IMG/VR virus record: IMGVR_UViG_3300028833_000145 | Direction: 5' to 3' (one strand) | DNA length: 64,000 bases | DNA from: an uncultured virus (IMG/VR IMGVR_UViG_3300028833_000145) | Taxonomy: Duplodnaviria; Heunggongvirae; Uroviricota; Caudoviricetes | Part shown: positions 1 to 11,792 of the stretch, piece by piece | Layout of the letters: each line of letters begins with the position of its first letter | Numbering within the stretch: position 1 is the stretch's first letter | Program-made: the position numbers and the translations under genes | The notes under the pieces: model-generated | Databases searched by the model: none | Told to the model about the DNA's origin: nothing | Seen by the model: the letters and a program-made list of their open reading frames with translations, nothing else

Positions 1-2237
1 TCCGCATGTGATGATTTTCCAGATGCTTTTCCACCAATTATAGAACCAGTTTGTGATCCGCCTTCGGCATGAGCTCCATCATTAGTTGCTTCTGACTTAT
101 ATCCTTCAGCATGGGCGCCATTGCCATTAGCTTTTGTCTCGCGACCTTCTGAGTGAGCACCATCACCATCGGCATAAGTCTAGTAGCCTTCCGCGTGGGC
201 TCCTTCACTGTCGCCGGATGGCTTATTTTGACCGGTTTTTGACTGATATCCTTCAGCGTGCGAGAAATTTCCGCTAGCGATTGAAGTGTCGCCTTCAGCG
301 TGTGTTTTTGTTCCAATAGCCTATGTACTAGCACCTTCAGCATGAGAATATTGGCCAGATGCTGTAGTTTTATATCCTTCAGCATGTGTATATGCTTCTA
401 ACGCTTTTGTTTCACGTCCTTCAGCATGTGAAAAATTGCTTTTTGCAATTGAATTTGAACCTTCAGCATGAGCTGATTCACCTAAAGCACGGCAATTATA
501 TCCTTCTGCGTGAGATGTTGTGTGGTATGCAACCTGCTTAAATATCTAAGCCTACACATTTCCTTCAGCTAAGCCAATTGAAGCATTTAAGTAGATGCTT
601 ATGCTTGTGCCATCAACATCATAACTAGTTATATATGCAGTTTTGTTATTATCAACAATTCTAACAGCAGAATTGTAATCACCATATGTTTTCAACGTTG
701 AACCAAGATCAGCCGAATACAATGTTATTCCATTTATGACGCTTAATGCATTGATGGTCTTTTCACCGTAGCCTTCTACATGAGATGCATTTCCAATGGC
801 GATATTTTGATATCCTTCAGAATGGGATCCACTTCCAAATGCTATTCCACCAAATTTAGTTGTACTTCCGCCTTCAGCATGAGATCCAATTCCAAATGCT
901 TCTGTCTTATAGCCTTCAGAGTGTGCTCCAATATTTAAAGCCGAGGTCTAATATCCTTCAGCATGAACCCCATCACCATTTAACGCTTTAGATTCAAATC
1001 CTTCAGCATGAGCACCTTCTGTATCTCCACTATTTCCGTCGGATGAACCAACCTATGTTTTATATCCTTCAGCATGTGAATAGTCACCATATACAGTTGA
1101 ACCTTCACCTTCAGCGTGAGTTTGACGTCCAATAGCTTGTGTATGCTCACCTTCACTATGTGAAGAACGACCATTTGCTATATTTTCTTGACCTTCAGCA
1201 TGTGAAGCAATTCCACCAGCTACAGTCATTGTACCTTCTGCGTGAGAGTAGCGCCCATCTGTTATTGAGCATCTTCCTTCAGCATGCGAATATTTTCCAG
1301 TAGCTTTTGTTGATCCGCCTTCAGCATGCATTGAAGTGAAAGTTGGAATGACATTGCCAAGTTCGGTAAATCCACGAACATATAATGCATTGTCTTTATC
1401 CGGAGATGCAAACTCATCTAAATAAGTTTGGGCATCCATGTTATTGAGATTTCTGAATGCTGGCAAAGTATTGAATATAAGCTTCCTACCAACAGATGAT
1501 CCAACTGTTACAGTTCCAGAACCAATGCTTACTATATTTCCAAAAGCTGCATAAGCATCATTAGACAAAGCTGCTGACCATATCAAATCTGAAATGCAAA
1601 CACCAGCAACCGCCATAGATGGATTCTTCAATGACTACTTCATTGCATAGTCACCGCCTATAGCAGCTCCAAATGTTGATCCATTGTAGCTCTTTGATGT
1701 TACTGAATCTCCAATGAAATCACCACTAATCACTATAGCATTTTCACTTGGAATGACACTAAGTATGCAATATCCTTTTGATCCGATTGCAGCACAGCCA
1801 TATTTAGTGCTTTCAGCCTAGATATATCCATTTGAAGCTGAATAGTTCTTGACATCATTCGGTGTAGATGTTTGAACAAAGTTTCCTGATAAAATTGTAA
1901 TATTATGTGATGTTACACTCAGATCACCAGTCAGGTTCCCACCAGCCAAAGGAAGATAGTCATCAAGTGAATCTCCTACTGCCAATCGCTTCAGTGAACC
2001 ATCATTGTTTATGAAATATTGTGTTGTCTCATCATCCCCGATGACATTTATCGTCTGTCCGGGATATGCAGTAGCACTTAATGCCGCATATGCTGATGCT
2101 TCATCAAATGTCTTGAACACTGAATACTTGTCAATTGGCAGTGGATTTGTCCTTTTGAATGTGACACCGGCTTCCCATTGAGCTTTGTTCTGCTCTGCTG
2201 ATGAAAGTTTATTGAAAAATTCTTCTTTAGTTAGCAT
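1..2237 (-). CDS. Tail fibre/adhesin-like protein with many 14-aa HAEG repeats (YadA/Hep_Hag-like), TAG=Gln; runs off the window
   Basis: Track ORFs 1818-2237 and 1053-1631 are one frame interrupted only by TAG. xxHAEG repeats continue to position 1. N-terminus is paralogous to 3465-5597. Confidence 0.8.
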
Positions 2238-2258
2238 TGTCTTGTTCCTTTGTTATGC

Positions 2259-3434
2259 TCATGCAAATGTCATTGCTAAGTTTGATGATGATTTGTCTCC
2301 ATTTCTGACAATGAATAGCATGTATTCATCTGATGTTCCATTCAAATGAGTGAATGTGACATATGTTGGAGTTTCAATAGGTGCTGGCAAAGAGCCCATT
2401 GTTCCAGACCAACTTGTCTTTATGTTTTTTGGCATCAAGAAGAATGTCTCATACCAACCTCCAGCTGGAGAAGTATAAGATGTCTTCATTGTGCTGAGCA
2501 TTGTCCAATTATCAGCCATCAGTTCATTTGTATCCGCGGTTGTTATGTTTGGAGTCTTTTCTGTTGTCATCTTCCAGAAACATGGCTTGTACACAGTGTA
2601 CAAATACATTGAATTTACTGCTGTACTAGCAGAGATCTTTTTGCTTGGATCTTCATCTTCTGTGCCCATGTTATTGAATGGAGTCAATCCAGCAGAATAA
2701 CTTATGCTAGCTGATATCTAATATAAATCACTTGTCAGTTTATTTCCTGTGAATGTTGCTGAAAGCGAGCTTGGATTGCATGCTGGTGCACCGTTCACAC
2801 CGTTTGATATTGCATCTGAACTTATGTTTGTCGTCAGCACATTTGAATTTGTTCTTATTGTCCAATATGATGTAGCAGATACTCCAGTTGGCGTTGGGCC
2901 ATATGTATAGCTTCCATGATTGAATGTGAAACTGTAAGATGGTGACAACAATGTGCCATATTGCACTATTGCTTTTGTTTTGCCAATGCTAACCGATGGC
3001 TTTACTGTTGTTCCTGACACAGGCTTTGTCAGTATCTTTCGCATGACTTCATCAAGTGATTTTCCTTCTGAGCTGAGCACTACTATTTGGTCTGTAGTCT
3101 TAGATATAGTTCCAAACGATGTATAGTTTCCAGCACAGCTGATGTTCTTGTCGAAGTAGACATTCTTTGCATTGTAGTTGCCATTCATTGCTGCCCAAGC
3201 ACTGCCATTCCAGTAGTATGCTGTCCTTGAGCTTAATGCATCATTTCCATCAACAATGAGTGAGCTAACTATAGTGACATCCCCAACATTGTTTCCATTA
3301 GATGGAGCTTTATCTAATGCACTCACTACATAGCAGGCATTTGACAAGACATCTATCACACTTGCAGATAGGAGACTAGAAGATTTTGTCATTCCTCCAA
3401 GAGTTTTCTTATATTTAGAGTAATCAGTTGCCAT
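2259..3434 (-). CDS. Tail-fibre-associated protein (391 aa, TAG=Gln), paralog of 5625-6929
   Basis: ATG 3434, reads through TAG 2718, ends at TGA 2259. MATDYSKY..LGG and NACYVVS.LD motifs are shared with 5625-6929. Confidence 0.7.
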
Positions 3435-3464
3435 TTATTTTTGTCCTCAATTAAATTTTTTTCA

Positions 3465-5597
3465 TCACAAGCTCTTCAATGAGCTCAAGACATTTCTTAT
3501 TGTTATGACTGCACTTATGACATGCTCGATGTCGCTGTCATAGGTCAAACCATTTATAGTTGAAAGTGAGTTTATCTTGCTAGATATTGCAGATCTCAAG
3601 CTTGTCAACTCATCAGATGCTGCTTTCTCAACAGAGCTCAAGTATGAGTAGAGAGATCTTGTTCCAATGTAGAAGCCAGAAATGTTGTTTGCTGGATTAA
3701 TACAAAACGTACCATTACCTTTATTTGGATTGTATGGATTATTCTTATTCTTTATACCGCTCCAAACAAAGGACTAGTCATTAGAAGCAACTGCTGCATA
3801 TCCTCCAGCCCATGATTCTTCACCATTTGCTTCAGTGTATGCACCAAATGAATGCGCACCAATTTTTGTTGCTTTTGTTTCATAGCCTTCAGCATGTGAT
3901 GCCCATCCAGCAGTATATGTATTCCAGCCTTCAGCATGAGAATCTCTTCCAGTCGCTTGAGTCAATTCACCTTCAGCATGTGAACCTGGACCAGAAGCTG
4001 TTCCACCTTTTCTGCCATCATCTTTATAACCACCTTCAGCATGTGAGCTGTCAGCTGTTGCTTCAGACTTGTAGCCTTCGGCATGAGAATATTGTCCAGA
4101 TGCCGTTGTCTCTCTTCCTTCAGAATGAGCGCTATAATTTGTAGAGTTTGTATTATATCCTTCAGCATGTGAACCATATTCACCTTTTGCTTTTGACAAA
4201 TAACCTTCAGCATGAGAATAGCTGTTGTCAAGTGTGGCACAACTTACTTGTGTCTGATAACCTTCGGCATGAGATGCTTTACCATATGCTTTTGCTTGAT
4301 AACCTTCGGCATGAGAATAGAAACCTTTAGCCAATGTGTCGTATCCTTCAGCATGAGATCCAGTACCTTCAGCTGTTCCACCCGGATATCCAGCTGAATG
4401 TCCACCTTCTGCATGTGATGCATTTCCTGTTGCTTTAGATCCATAGCCTTCAGCATGAGAATAGCTTCCATATGCTGAAACTACACATCCTTCAGAATGT
4501 GAATAATTTCCAATGGCGCTTGTCTAATATCCTTCAGCATGAGAGTAGCTTCCAAGTGCTATTGTACTCAGTCCTTCCGCATGTGAACCGTCTGCATCTG
4601 CAATAGTACTTTCACCTTCAGCATGAGCTCTATTTCCAAAAGCCGCTGAATACATACCTTCAGCATGGGCACCGGCGCCACCAGCAATTGTTATATTTCC
4701 TTCTGCATGAGAATATCTTCCATCTGCTATAGATCCACGACCTTCAGCATGAGAATACTATGCAATAGCATGTGTTGAGCCACCTTCAGCATGGTTTGCT
4801 TTGAATGAATCAAAGACAATGTTTCCAACTTCTAAATGATTAGGGCAATATAATGCATTTTTCCCGCTGCTTACATATCCGGTCAATGTTGCAGTAGAAT
4901 AAGATGATGTCTGCTTTATTCTGTCTCTATAATCTTTAGTGAATGTAACAATGGTCTTTCCACCAACAACATCAACAGATGATATATCTGAGAATTGTGA
5001 ATCTAAGTTGTTTGCTATTGTTATTGTCCAGTTTGATGACTTAGCAGCATTTGGAATGTCTACATCTCCACTTAGCATCAACTTGTTTGGAACTATAACT
5101 GAAAGAACTGCAAATCCTTTAGCTCCAATAGATGGATATCCATATTTAGCATCATTGAATTCAGCTTGTAAAAATCCATTGGTAGTTGAATATATGTTGA
5201 TTTTACTTGGATCTGCTGTCTACACATAATTTCCAGAGAGGATTGTGAAGTCATGTCCTTTGATTGTGACATCTCCAGTTATCTCTCCACCAACCCTCTT
5301 GTCAAGATAGTTGCTTATGACATCATCAACATCGGCACCACTAGCTAGCTTCTTCAATCCGTCTGGAGCTTTAGAATCAACTATGTATGCACTTTGTCCA
5401 CCATTGCCAGATATTACAACAACCTAACCTTCATATGCCAGTCCTTTGCTATCAACATAGCTAGATGCTTCATCATATGAGCCAAAAACTGACCATCTTT
5501 CAAGAGGAATAGCTTTGTCTCTATAGATGGCATTAGCTAATCCCATCTTGTTCACGTCAGCTGTAGCACTGATATATGAAAAATCTTTGATATTCAT
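3465..5597 (-). CDS. Tail fibre/adhesin-like protein with HAEG repeats (710 aa, TAG=Gln)
   Basis: Continuous frame from ATG 5597 to TGA 3465 with only TAG interruptions. Long HAEG repeat block at about 3850-4790. Confidence 0.8.
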
Positions 5598-5624
5598 TTG
5601 TCTATGTCCTTCAAGTTAGTTTTA

Positions 5625-6929
5625 TTAGCTCCATGTGCAGCAAAGATATTTTGATGCATCTATTCCGGTCGTAGTGTCAGCACGAAAATACCAGATGTCA
5701 TATGGTGTTGCAGCATAGTTGTTGAATCCGCTTACATCTACAGTTGAAGACACTTTTTCAAATGCCACCAATGCCATCTGTGAATTTGCATCTTTTGCAA
5801 CTAGTGTGTTCTTCGTTCCCTTTTTAGCAGCAAACACAATGAACTTTGTTCCAATTGGACAGCTGAGCGCTGTAGTCAACCCGGCTGTTGAATTTCCTTT
5901 TCCTCCAAGAGGAGTGGAAGCCAAGCTTCTCACATCATCTGAATTCAATGCTGTTTTTGCAGCGGCCCAGTTCTTTGCTGACACCGCAGCATGGAAATTC
6001 TCATAGTCTGCAGTCAATATATTGTCATATGGAATGTTTCCCCAAAATGGACGACGATATCCTGTGAATGATGCTGTTGCTGAGAAAGTGCTCAAGCCAG
6101 CAGAAATTGCACTTGAGATTCTGTCAAGAGATCCAAGATTGTTGAATGGAATGTTTCCAGACAGCCACTCAGCACTAGCTTTATACTAGTAGTCCGTTTT
6201 AGTGTCACTATATTGCTTGTTAGATGTTCCAGCTAGCTAAGACAATGTTGAGTTTGTTGAAAGAACAGTTCCATTTCTGATTGTTCCCAAGCTAGAGCTT
6301 ATGATTGCACCGTTGATTGCAACTGATATTCCAGAGTTGTTTGTTGTATTTTGGTTTGTCGGAGTTCCATATTGGTAAGTTCCAACCGTCTTCATTGTCA
6401 GTGTTGCACCCGGAACAACATATGTCTCTCCAACTTCTTTGCTAGATGTGTATGAATTGATTGCAAACTAAAATGTCGGTGGAGTTTTTGATCCGGATTC
6501 TGCAACTTGGTATGCATCTTTGAAGACATCATACATGCTCTTGCCTTTTGAATCTAGTGTGTAGTGACCACATAGTGGAACAGTGTAGTGTCCAAACTTC
6601 TCGGTCAATACAATGTTATCATCAAAGAAGACATTCTTTATGTCATACTTCTCATCTAGTGGAGTCCATGTTGACAAGATGTCATTCCAGACATATGCAA
6701 CCCGTGAGATGTTTTCAGTGTCACCAATCTTAGCACTGACTATTGCAATGTCTCCTGGAGCAAGGGTCGATGACAATGGCAAATTGCTGTCATCTAAGCT
6801 GGACACAACATAGCATGCATTGATTGCACTGCTCAGCATTGATGCCGAGATGATCATGTCACGCTGGTCAATTCCACCAAGCTTCACCTAGAATTTAGTG
6901 TACTTGCTATAGTCTTTCTCTTTTTCCAT
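5625..6929 (-). CDS. Tail-fibre-associated protein (434 aa, TAG=Gln), paralog of 2259-3434
   Basis: ATG 6929 (MEKEKDYSKY) to TAA 5625; joins track ORFs 6468-6887 and 5625-6095. Confidence 0.7.
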
Positions 6930-6955
6930 GTTGTTTGATCTCTTTCATTAAGTTT

Positions 6956-9900
6956 TCATATCACCAAAACTAGCCCAGACAATGTTGATCTAAGGTCAAC
7001 CAAAGTGTCACGAATTCCAACTACTGCACAAATCACATCAGATATTCTTGAGTTGCAGTTGAGTGATGATATTATGCTGTCGGTTGCAACATGCTCAAGG
7101 CTGTCATACAGATTTATAGTCAAGCTTGATATTCTGGTGCTGAGGTCTGTGCTCAGTGACTGTATCTAGCTAGACAAGTCATCACTCAAGTTCTATATGC
7201 ATGTACTGAGCCCAACACAGATGTCTTGGACCGAAGCTCCAAAGTTGGAGTCAACCAGTGAGTCAAAGCCAACTGACAGAACACCAGTGCTGAGAGTTGT
7301 GATTGTAGCTTTGTCACTCTCAACATTAAGTACCGAGAGAATCTCAACTTGTGATGATGTTGCATCAATGACTTTTGTCTAGTCAGCACTTATGATGAAT
7401 GAGCTTGTAGCATCAACATATACTGGTGCTGAGCTGAGTATTATTGAAGTCTTTGTTATGCTGATTGTTGGAGCATCATCAGAAGAACCAGCATCATCTT
7501 TAGCTATGAAGGAAATCTCATCAGCAACGGTTTGAGCAACTGTTGTATCATCGCCAGTAGTTGGATCTGTCTCTGTCTTGATTCCAAGTTGAGCGCCGTT
7601 GACAAAAAGCTAGCCAGCAACACTCAAGTCATTGAAGACAAATGCATCATGTCTAACAGAGAGATTCTCACTAGCACTGACTTCTTGTCTTAAGATTGTA
7701 GTTAGCAGTCCATTCTAGTCACCAGTGTTAGCAAAGTTCTGCTTTATCCAACTTGAGATGAAAGCATCATCATCGGTGCGATTCTTTGCTTCTAGCTCAA
7801 ACTCATATCTAGAGACACCGGCTTTCAAAAGATAAGTGTTTCCACCCTAGTCATTAGCAAGCACTAGATTGCTCAAATGGATAAACCTTAAATTTGAGTG
7901 ATCATGCACAATGAATACATCACCATTGCCAACAGAGATTATCGATCCACCGCCATTTGAAATTGTCACTGAACTTATGTTAGTTGATTCTGCATTTCTG
8001 AAGAAAATGTTATATGCAGCACCATTCTTCACATGATCTGGATTTTCATGATCATCAAAACCAATGCATGACTTGAAGAATCCACTTAGACTCTCATATG
8101 CAGGAGATCCAACATCTGGAACAAGATGTCCAGTGAAATCAAGTATTCCAAAGTCATCCGCACTGATTTCATCAATCTAGCGTTGCAGTCCTGGAAGAAT
8201 TCCTTCAGTTGGTGAAGTGCCAACAGTTCCAAACAAGTCATCACAAAGCTAGTTTAATCCAGTCTGTTCCTTGATGTCTTCATACTTCAAGCTGAATACA
8301 TTGTCACTTAGATGGATTCCATCTTCTGAAGCCGTGTATACATCTACTAAATCACCGACTTTAATGTAGATTCGGTCAATTCCAGCATCAGTATTGAAGT
8401 CAAGCTCAATCTCAGGAACACCAGAACCATCATGTCCATTTGGAAGGAAATGTGCACCATTGAGCATTCCATCTTTGACAAAGTCGGTTGTGTCAATCTC
8501 TGCTGAAGCATGATGTGAGCCATTTGTGATCAAATAGATTCTCTTAGCTGCACTGTCATATCTCAATCCAATATCATTGCTGACCATGAATCCAGGAGAG
8601 TTGATGTAGTCTTTGAGGTCCCAACTTATGTCAGCACTCAATGCTAGCAAGCTAGAAAGCTGTCTAGCTAGGTCAACATCGAGCTTCTTCTGATCTAGAT
8701 TGCCGCTGAGCTCATCAAGTGTTCTTTGGATTGTCTTTCCATTCACACTCAATGAAGCAAGACCAGCATCACTTGCTATCTCTAGTCCATTAGTGAATGT
8801 ACCTCTAAAGCGACTTGCTGTTTCAACTATTGGAGCATTTGTCTTGATCTCAATCTAGTCATCAGACTTCAATGTTGTTCCAGCATGGGTCTTGATCTCA
8901 ACTCCGGCATCAGAGATCTTAGCATATGTTCCAGTTGTAGATTCAAAATTGTCATCTATCTCGAGTGAATTTCTCAAAGTTGTCTTTCCAACAACACTGA
9001 GATCACCATCGATCGAGAGTTTTGCAATTGTGTCTCCAGCTTTATGGACATAGCTTGCATCAACTTCACTTGAGAGCTTAGAGCAAAGTTCATTTGAGTA
9101 GCTTGAAAGATCATTGCTCAATGCTGTAAGTCTTAAATCAACAGTTCCGGACAACTCATCAATTCTTCTATCAGCATAAGTTTCAGCATAGCTCTTAGCT
9201 TTAGTTAGTGTGTCAGCAGAAGTTGCACTGATCAAATCACTAGCTGTTGAAGAAAGATTTTCAATCCAGATGTCAGTGTATGTCTTTGCTGAAACAAGTG
9301 TCTCATCGATCTTGTTGTCAAGATAAGATGAAATCTGCTTCAAGACAATGAGCTTTGTGTCATCGGCATCTTGAGCATTGATGACATCAAAGTCATCAAG
9401 ACGCATCTCATCATCAGGAACAACATCATACATTGATGTGATGTGGTTCTTTATGATGACATAGTCTCCTTCACCAAGATAGCAACTAGTGTTGGTGTTT
9501 GGATCTTGAACCAAGACATAGTCACCACTGACATTCATCTTGCCATCGACTTCAGTGTGGTCAAGCTTGACTCGCCACATCCAGCCATTTCTCAATAGAT
9601 CTTGTGTTCCTTCAAGCAAGCAGCAGGCTGGATCATCATTGAAGAGACTTCTTGGTCTTGCATAGACATCTCTATGGAGCTCAAGTATGCCTCTATACAC
9701 AACACCATTGAGCATGTTTGTTGACAATGTCTCGACTTTGCCACTGAGCTCATCAAGATTGTTTGATAAAGTCTCTACACCATCAACTATTCCACTTATC
9801 TCTTCTTTCAAACCAGAGATTGCATCATCAATCTTCTTGTTGACACCAACTGAAAGATCATCTATTGCACTTGAGAGTCCAACCGAGAGAGCATTGTGAG

Positions 9901-10225
9901 CAGCACTTATGACTTTTGCATCTTCTTGAAGTTGTTCAATGTCCTAAGAGTTTGTCTCAACTGTAGCTTTAAGCTCACCAAGAGAGACGCCATCAACTGT
10001 TGCCTAAGCTAGCTCTACGCCTTCTAGTTCACTGTCTATGATCTTCAAACCAGACAAGATACCGCTGGTGATATTCATCTTGCCATTGAAAGTTCCATAG
10101 AATTGGTTTTCTGGATTGATAAGAATCACTTTCTGTGGGCTCATTCCATCATCTTTAGAGCCTGGCTTGCGCAAGATTGTTAAGTTTTCTTTGATACGAT
10201 TATGCAAATCTGTGTATGTAGACAT
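6956..10225 (-). CDS. Large tail fibre-like virion protein (1089 aa, TAG=Gln) with coiled-coil and beta-rich segments
   Basis: Track ORFs 10004-10225, 8855-9811, 8249-8752 and 7847-8032 share a frame; first non-TAG stop is TGA 6956. IDTTDFVKDGML motif is typical of phage fibres. Confidence 0.7.
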
Positions 10226-10305
10226 CTCTTTGTAGTCCTTATGCTCTCTTATTTAGATATTTACCTAGTCATCATATCTACACCTAATTTGGTATAACTA
10301 TTATC

Positions 10306-10854
10306 ATGAGTCTAAAAAGCAAAAAAAGATCATCTAAGAAAGAAAAGCCAAGAATAGACTTAGTGTTTCACTTTCTTGATCCAGAAGTTGATGTTGAGCT
10401 TGAGGATGGATGGTTTGATGAAGACTCAGAAAAAGAGCTTTTAGACTTGATTGATGGACTCAAGAAGTCTATCTGGATTGACAAGACATATGTTGGTTTT
10501 GAAGAATCTAAATATTCAGATGTCTTTTTGACCGAAGATGGCTGGAAGCATCTCTGTGAGATGATTGTTCTCTCTGGATTTGGAAAGTTTCTTCCAACTT
10601 CAGGTCAGGAGCAACTTGCTGAAGCATATTCAATCATGGTTGTCTGTTATCTCTATAATGAGATAATAAAGAGGGGTTGGGATTTTGAGCACATAAAGAT
10701 AACTCCAAGCAAAGAAGAAGACATTGAAGCTGAGATATATCTTGACCAAACTCCAAATGACTCATGGAAAGACTATAAAGGAACTTGGCAAGATCTTGAA
10801 GAAGAAGCCGAGAAGAATGCTAAGAAATCAAAAGAAAATGACCAAAAAGACTGA
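10306..10854 (+). CDS. Hypothetical protein
   Basis: 182-aa ORF, ATG to TGA, no internal TAG. Confidence 0.7.
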   Translation: MSLKSKKRSSKKEKPRIDLVFHFLDPEVDVELEDGWFDEDSEKELLDLIDGLKKSIWIDKTYVGFEESKYSDVFLTEDGWKHLCEMIVLSGFGKFLPTSGQEQLAEAYSIMVVCYLYNEIIKRGWDFEHIKITPSKEEDIEAEIYLDQTPNDSWKDYKGTWQDLEEEAEKNAKKSKENDQKD

Positions 10855-10884
10855 GGTTTTAGACTTTGTAAGTATAATATAATT

Positions 10885-11103
10885 ATGGCTAAGACTCCTC
10901 AAGAGATGTACTATGCAACTTTCAAAGGAAAGAAAGTTGATCTTTATCGTTTTGACAAGCGACTCATCAGACGTTTCAATATGAAGTCTGAAGTTGTCAA
11001 TGCTTAGATTCAAAGCTCCGGCAAAGATACATATGTAGCAATTGTCACTAAAGATGGCAAAGCATATCTCTATAAGAGCAATGGAACCTTAGTCAGACAG
11101 TGA
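10885..11103 (+). CDS. Small hypothetical protein (72 aa, TAG=Gln)
   Basis: ATG 10885 just after GTAAGTA; one TAG; TGA overlaps the next ATG (TGATG). Confidence 0.6.
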
Positions 11104-11792
11104 TGAAGGTTTGTTGCTACACATGCATAACTGGAGGATATGACTCTTTGAAGATGATCTCTGGCTAGAAGCCAGAGACTATGCAGCAAGTAGACTTCAT
11201 CTGCTTCACCGATGACAACTAGCTAAAGCAGCTAGATTGGCAAATGAGACCAATTCCGAGAGAGCTAGATGGCTTGAGCAAGGTGAAGCAGCAACGAGTC
11301 ATCAAGATATGTCCTCACAAGTGGCTAAGTGACTATGACATCTCTATTTGGGTAGATGGAAGCTTCTAGATAGTTGGTGATGTCATGAAGTTTGTATTTC
11401 AATATGACTTAGAGAAGACTCCATTATACACTAGAGTTCATCCAGCAAGAAAGTGCATATATGAAGAAGCTAAGGCTTGCATTTCTTTGAAGAAAGACTC
11501 AAGAGAAGTCATTGAGAAGTAGATAGCTAGATATAGATCTGAAGGATATCCAAAAAATGCTGGCATGTTTGAGACTGGTGTCATCTTGAGAAAGCACAAT
11601 GACATGAAGTGCTAGCTAGTATGCAATTGCTGGGCAAGTGAGCTTCTTGTAGGAAGTTGTCGTGACCAACTTTCATTCAACTATGCTTGCTGGAAGATGC
11701 ACTTCTTGCCAAGTTGTCTTAACACAGAGTTTAGCTTGCTTGGGAAGAGAGCAAACACATTTAGGTTGTGCAGACATGAACAAAAAAGATAA
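11103..11792 (+). CDS. DUF616-like glycosyltransferase (229 aa, TAG=Gln); absent from ORF track
   Basis: Motifs YTCITGGYD, FICFTD, IWVDGS, HPARKCIYEEA, GYPKNAGMFETGVILRKHN, RDQLSFNY. Confidence 0.8.

Noticed and set aside
1..4790. CRISPR-like periodic repeat CCTTCAGCATG
   Set aside because: Short, degenerate at third codon positions and in frame: it encodes HAEG protein repeats.
1..10225. Diversity-generating retroelement or invertase shufflon acting on the fibres
   Set aside because: No reverse transcriptase, adenine-specific TR/VR pair, recombinase or inverted cassettes seen in this window.
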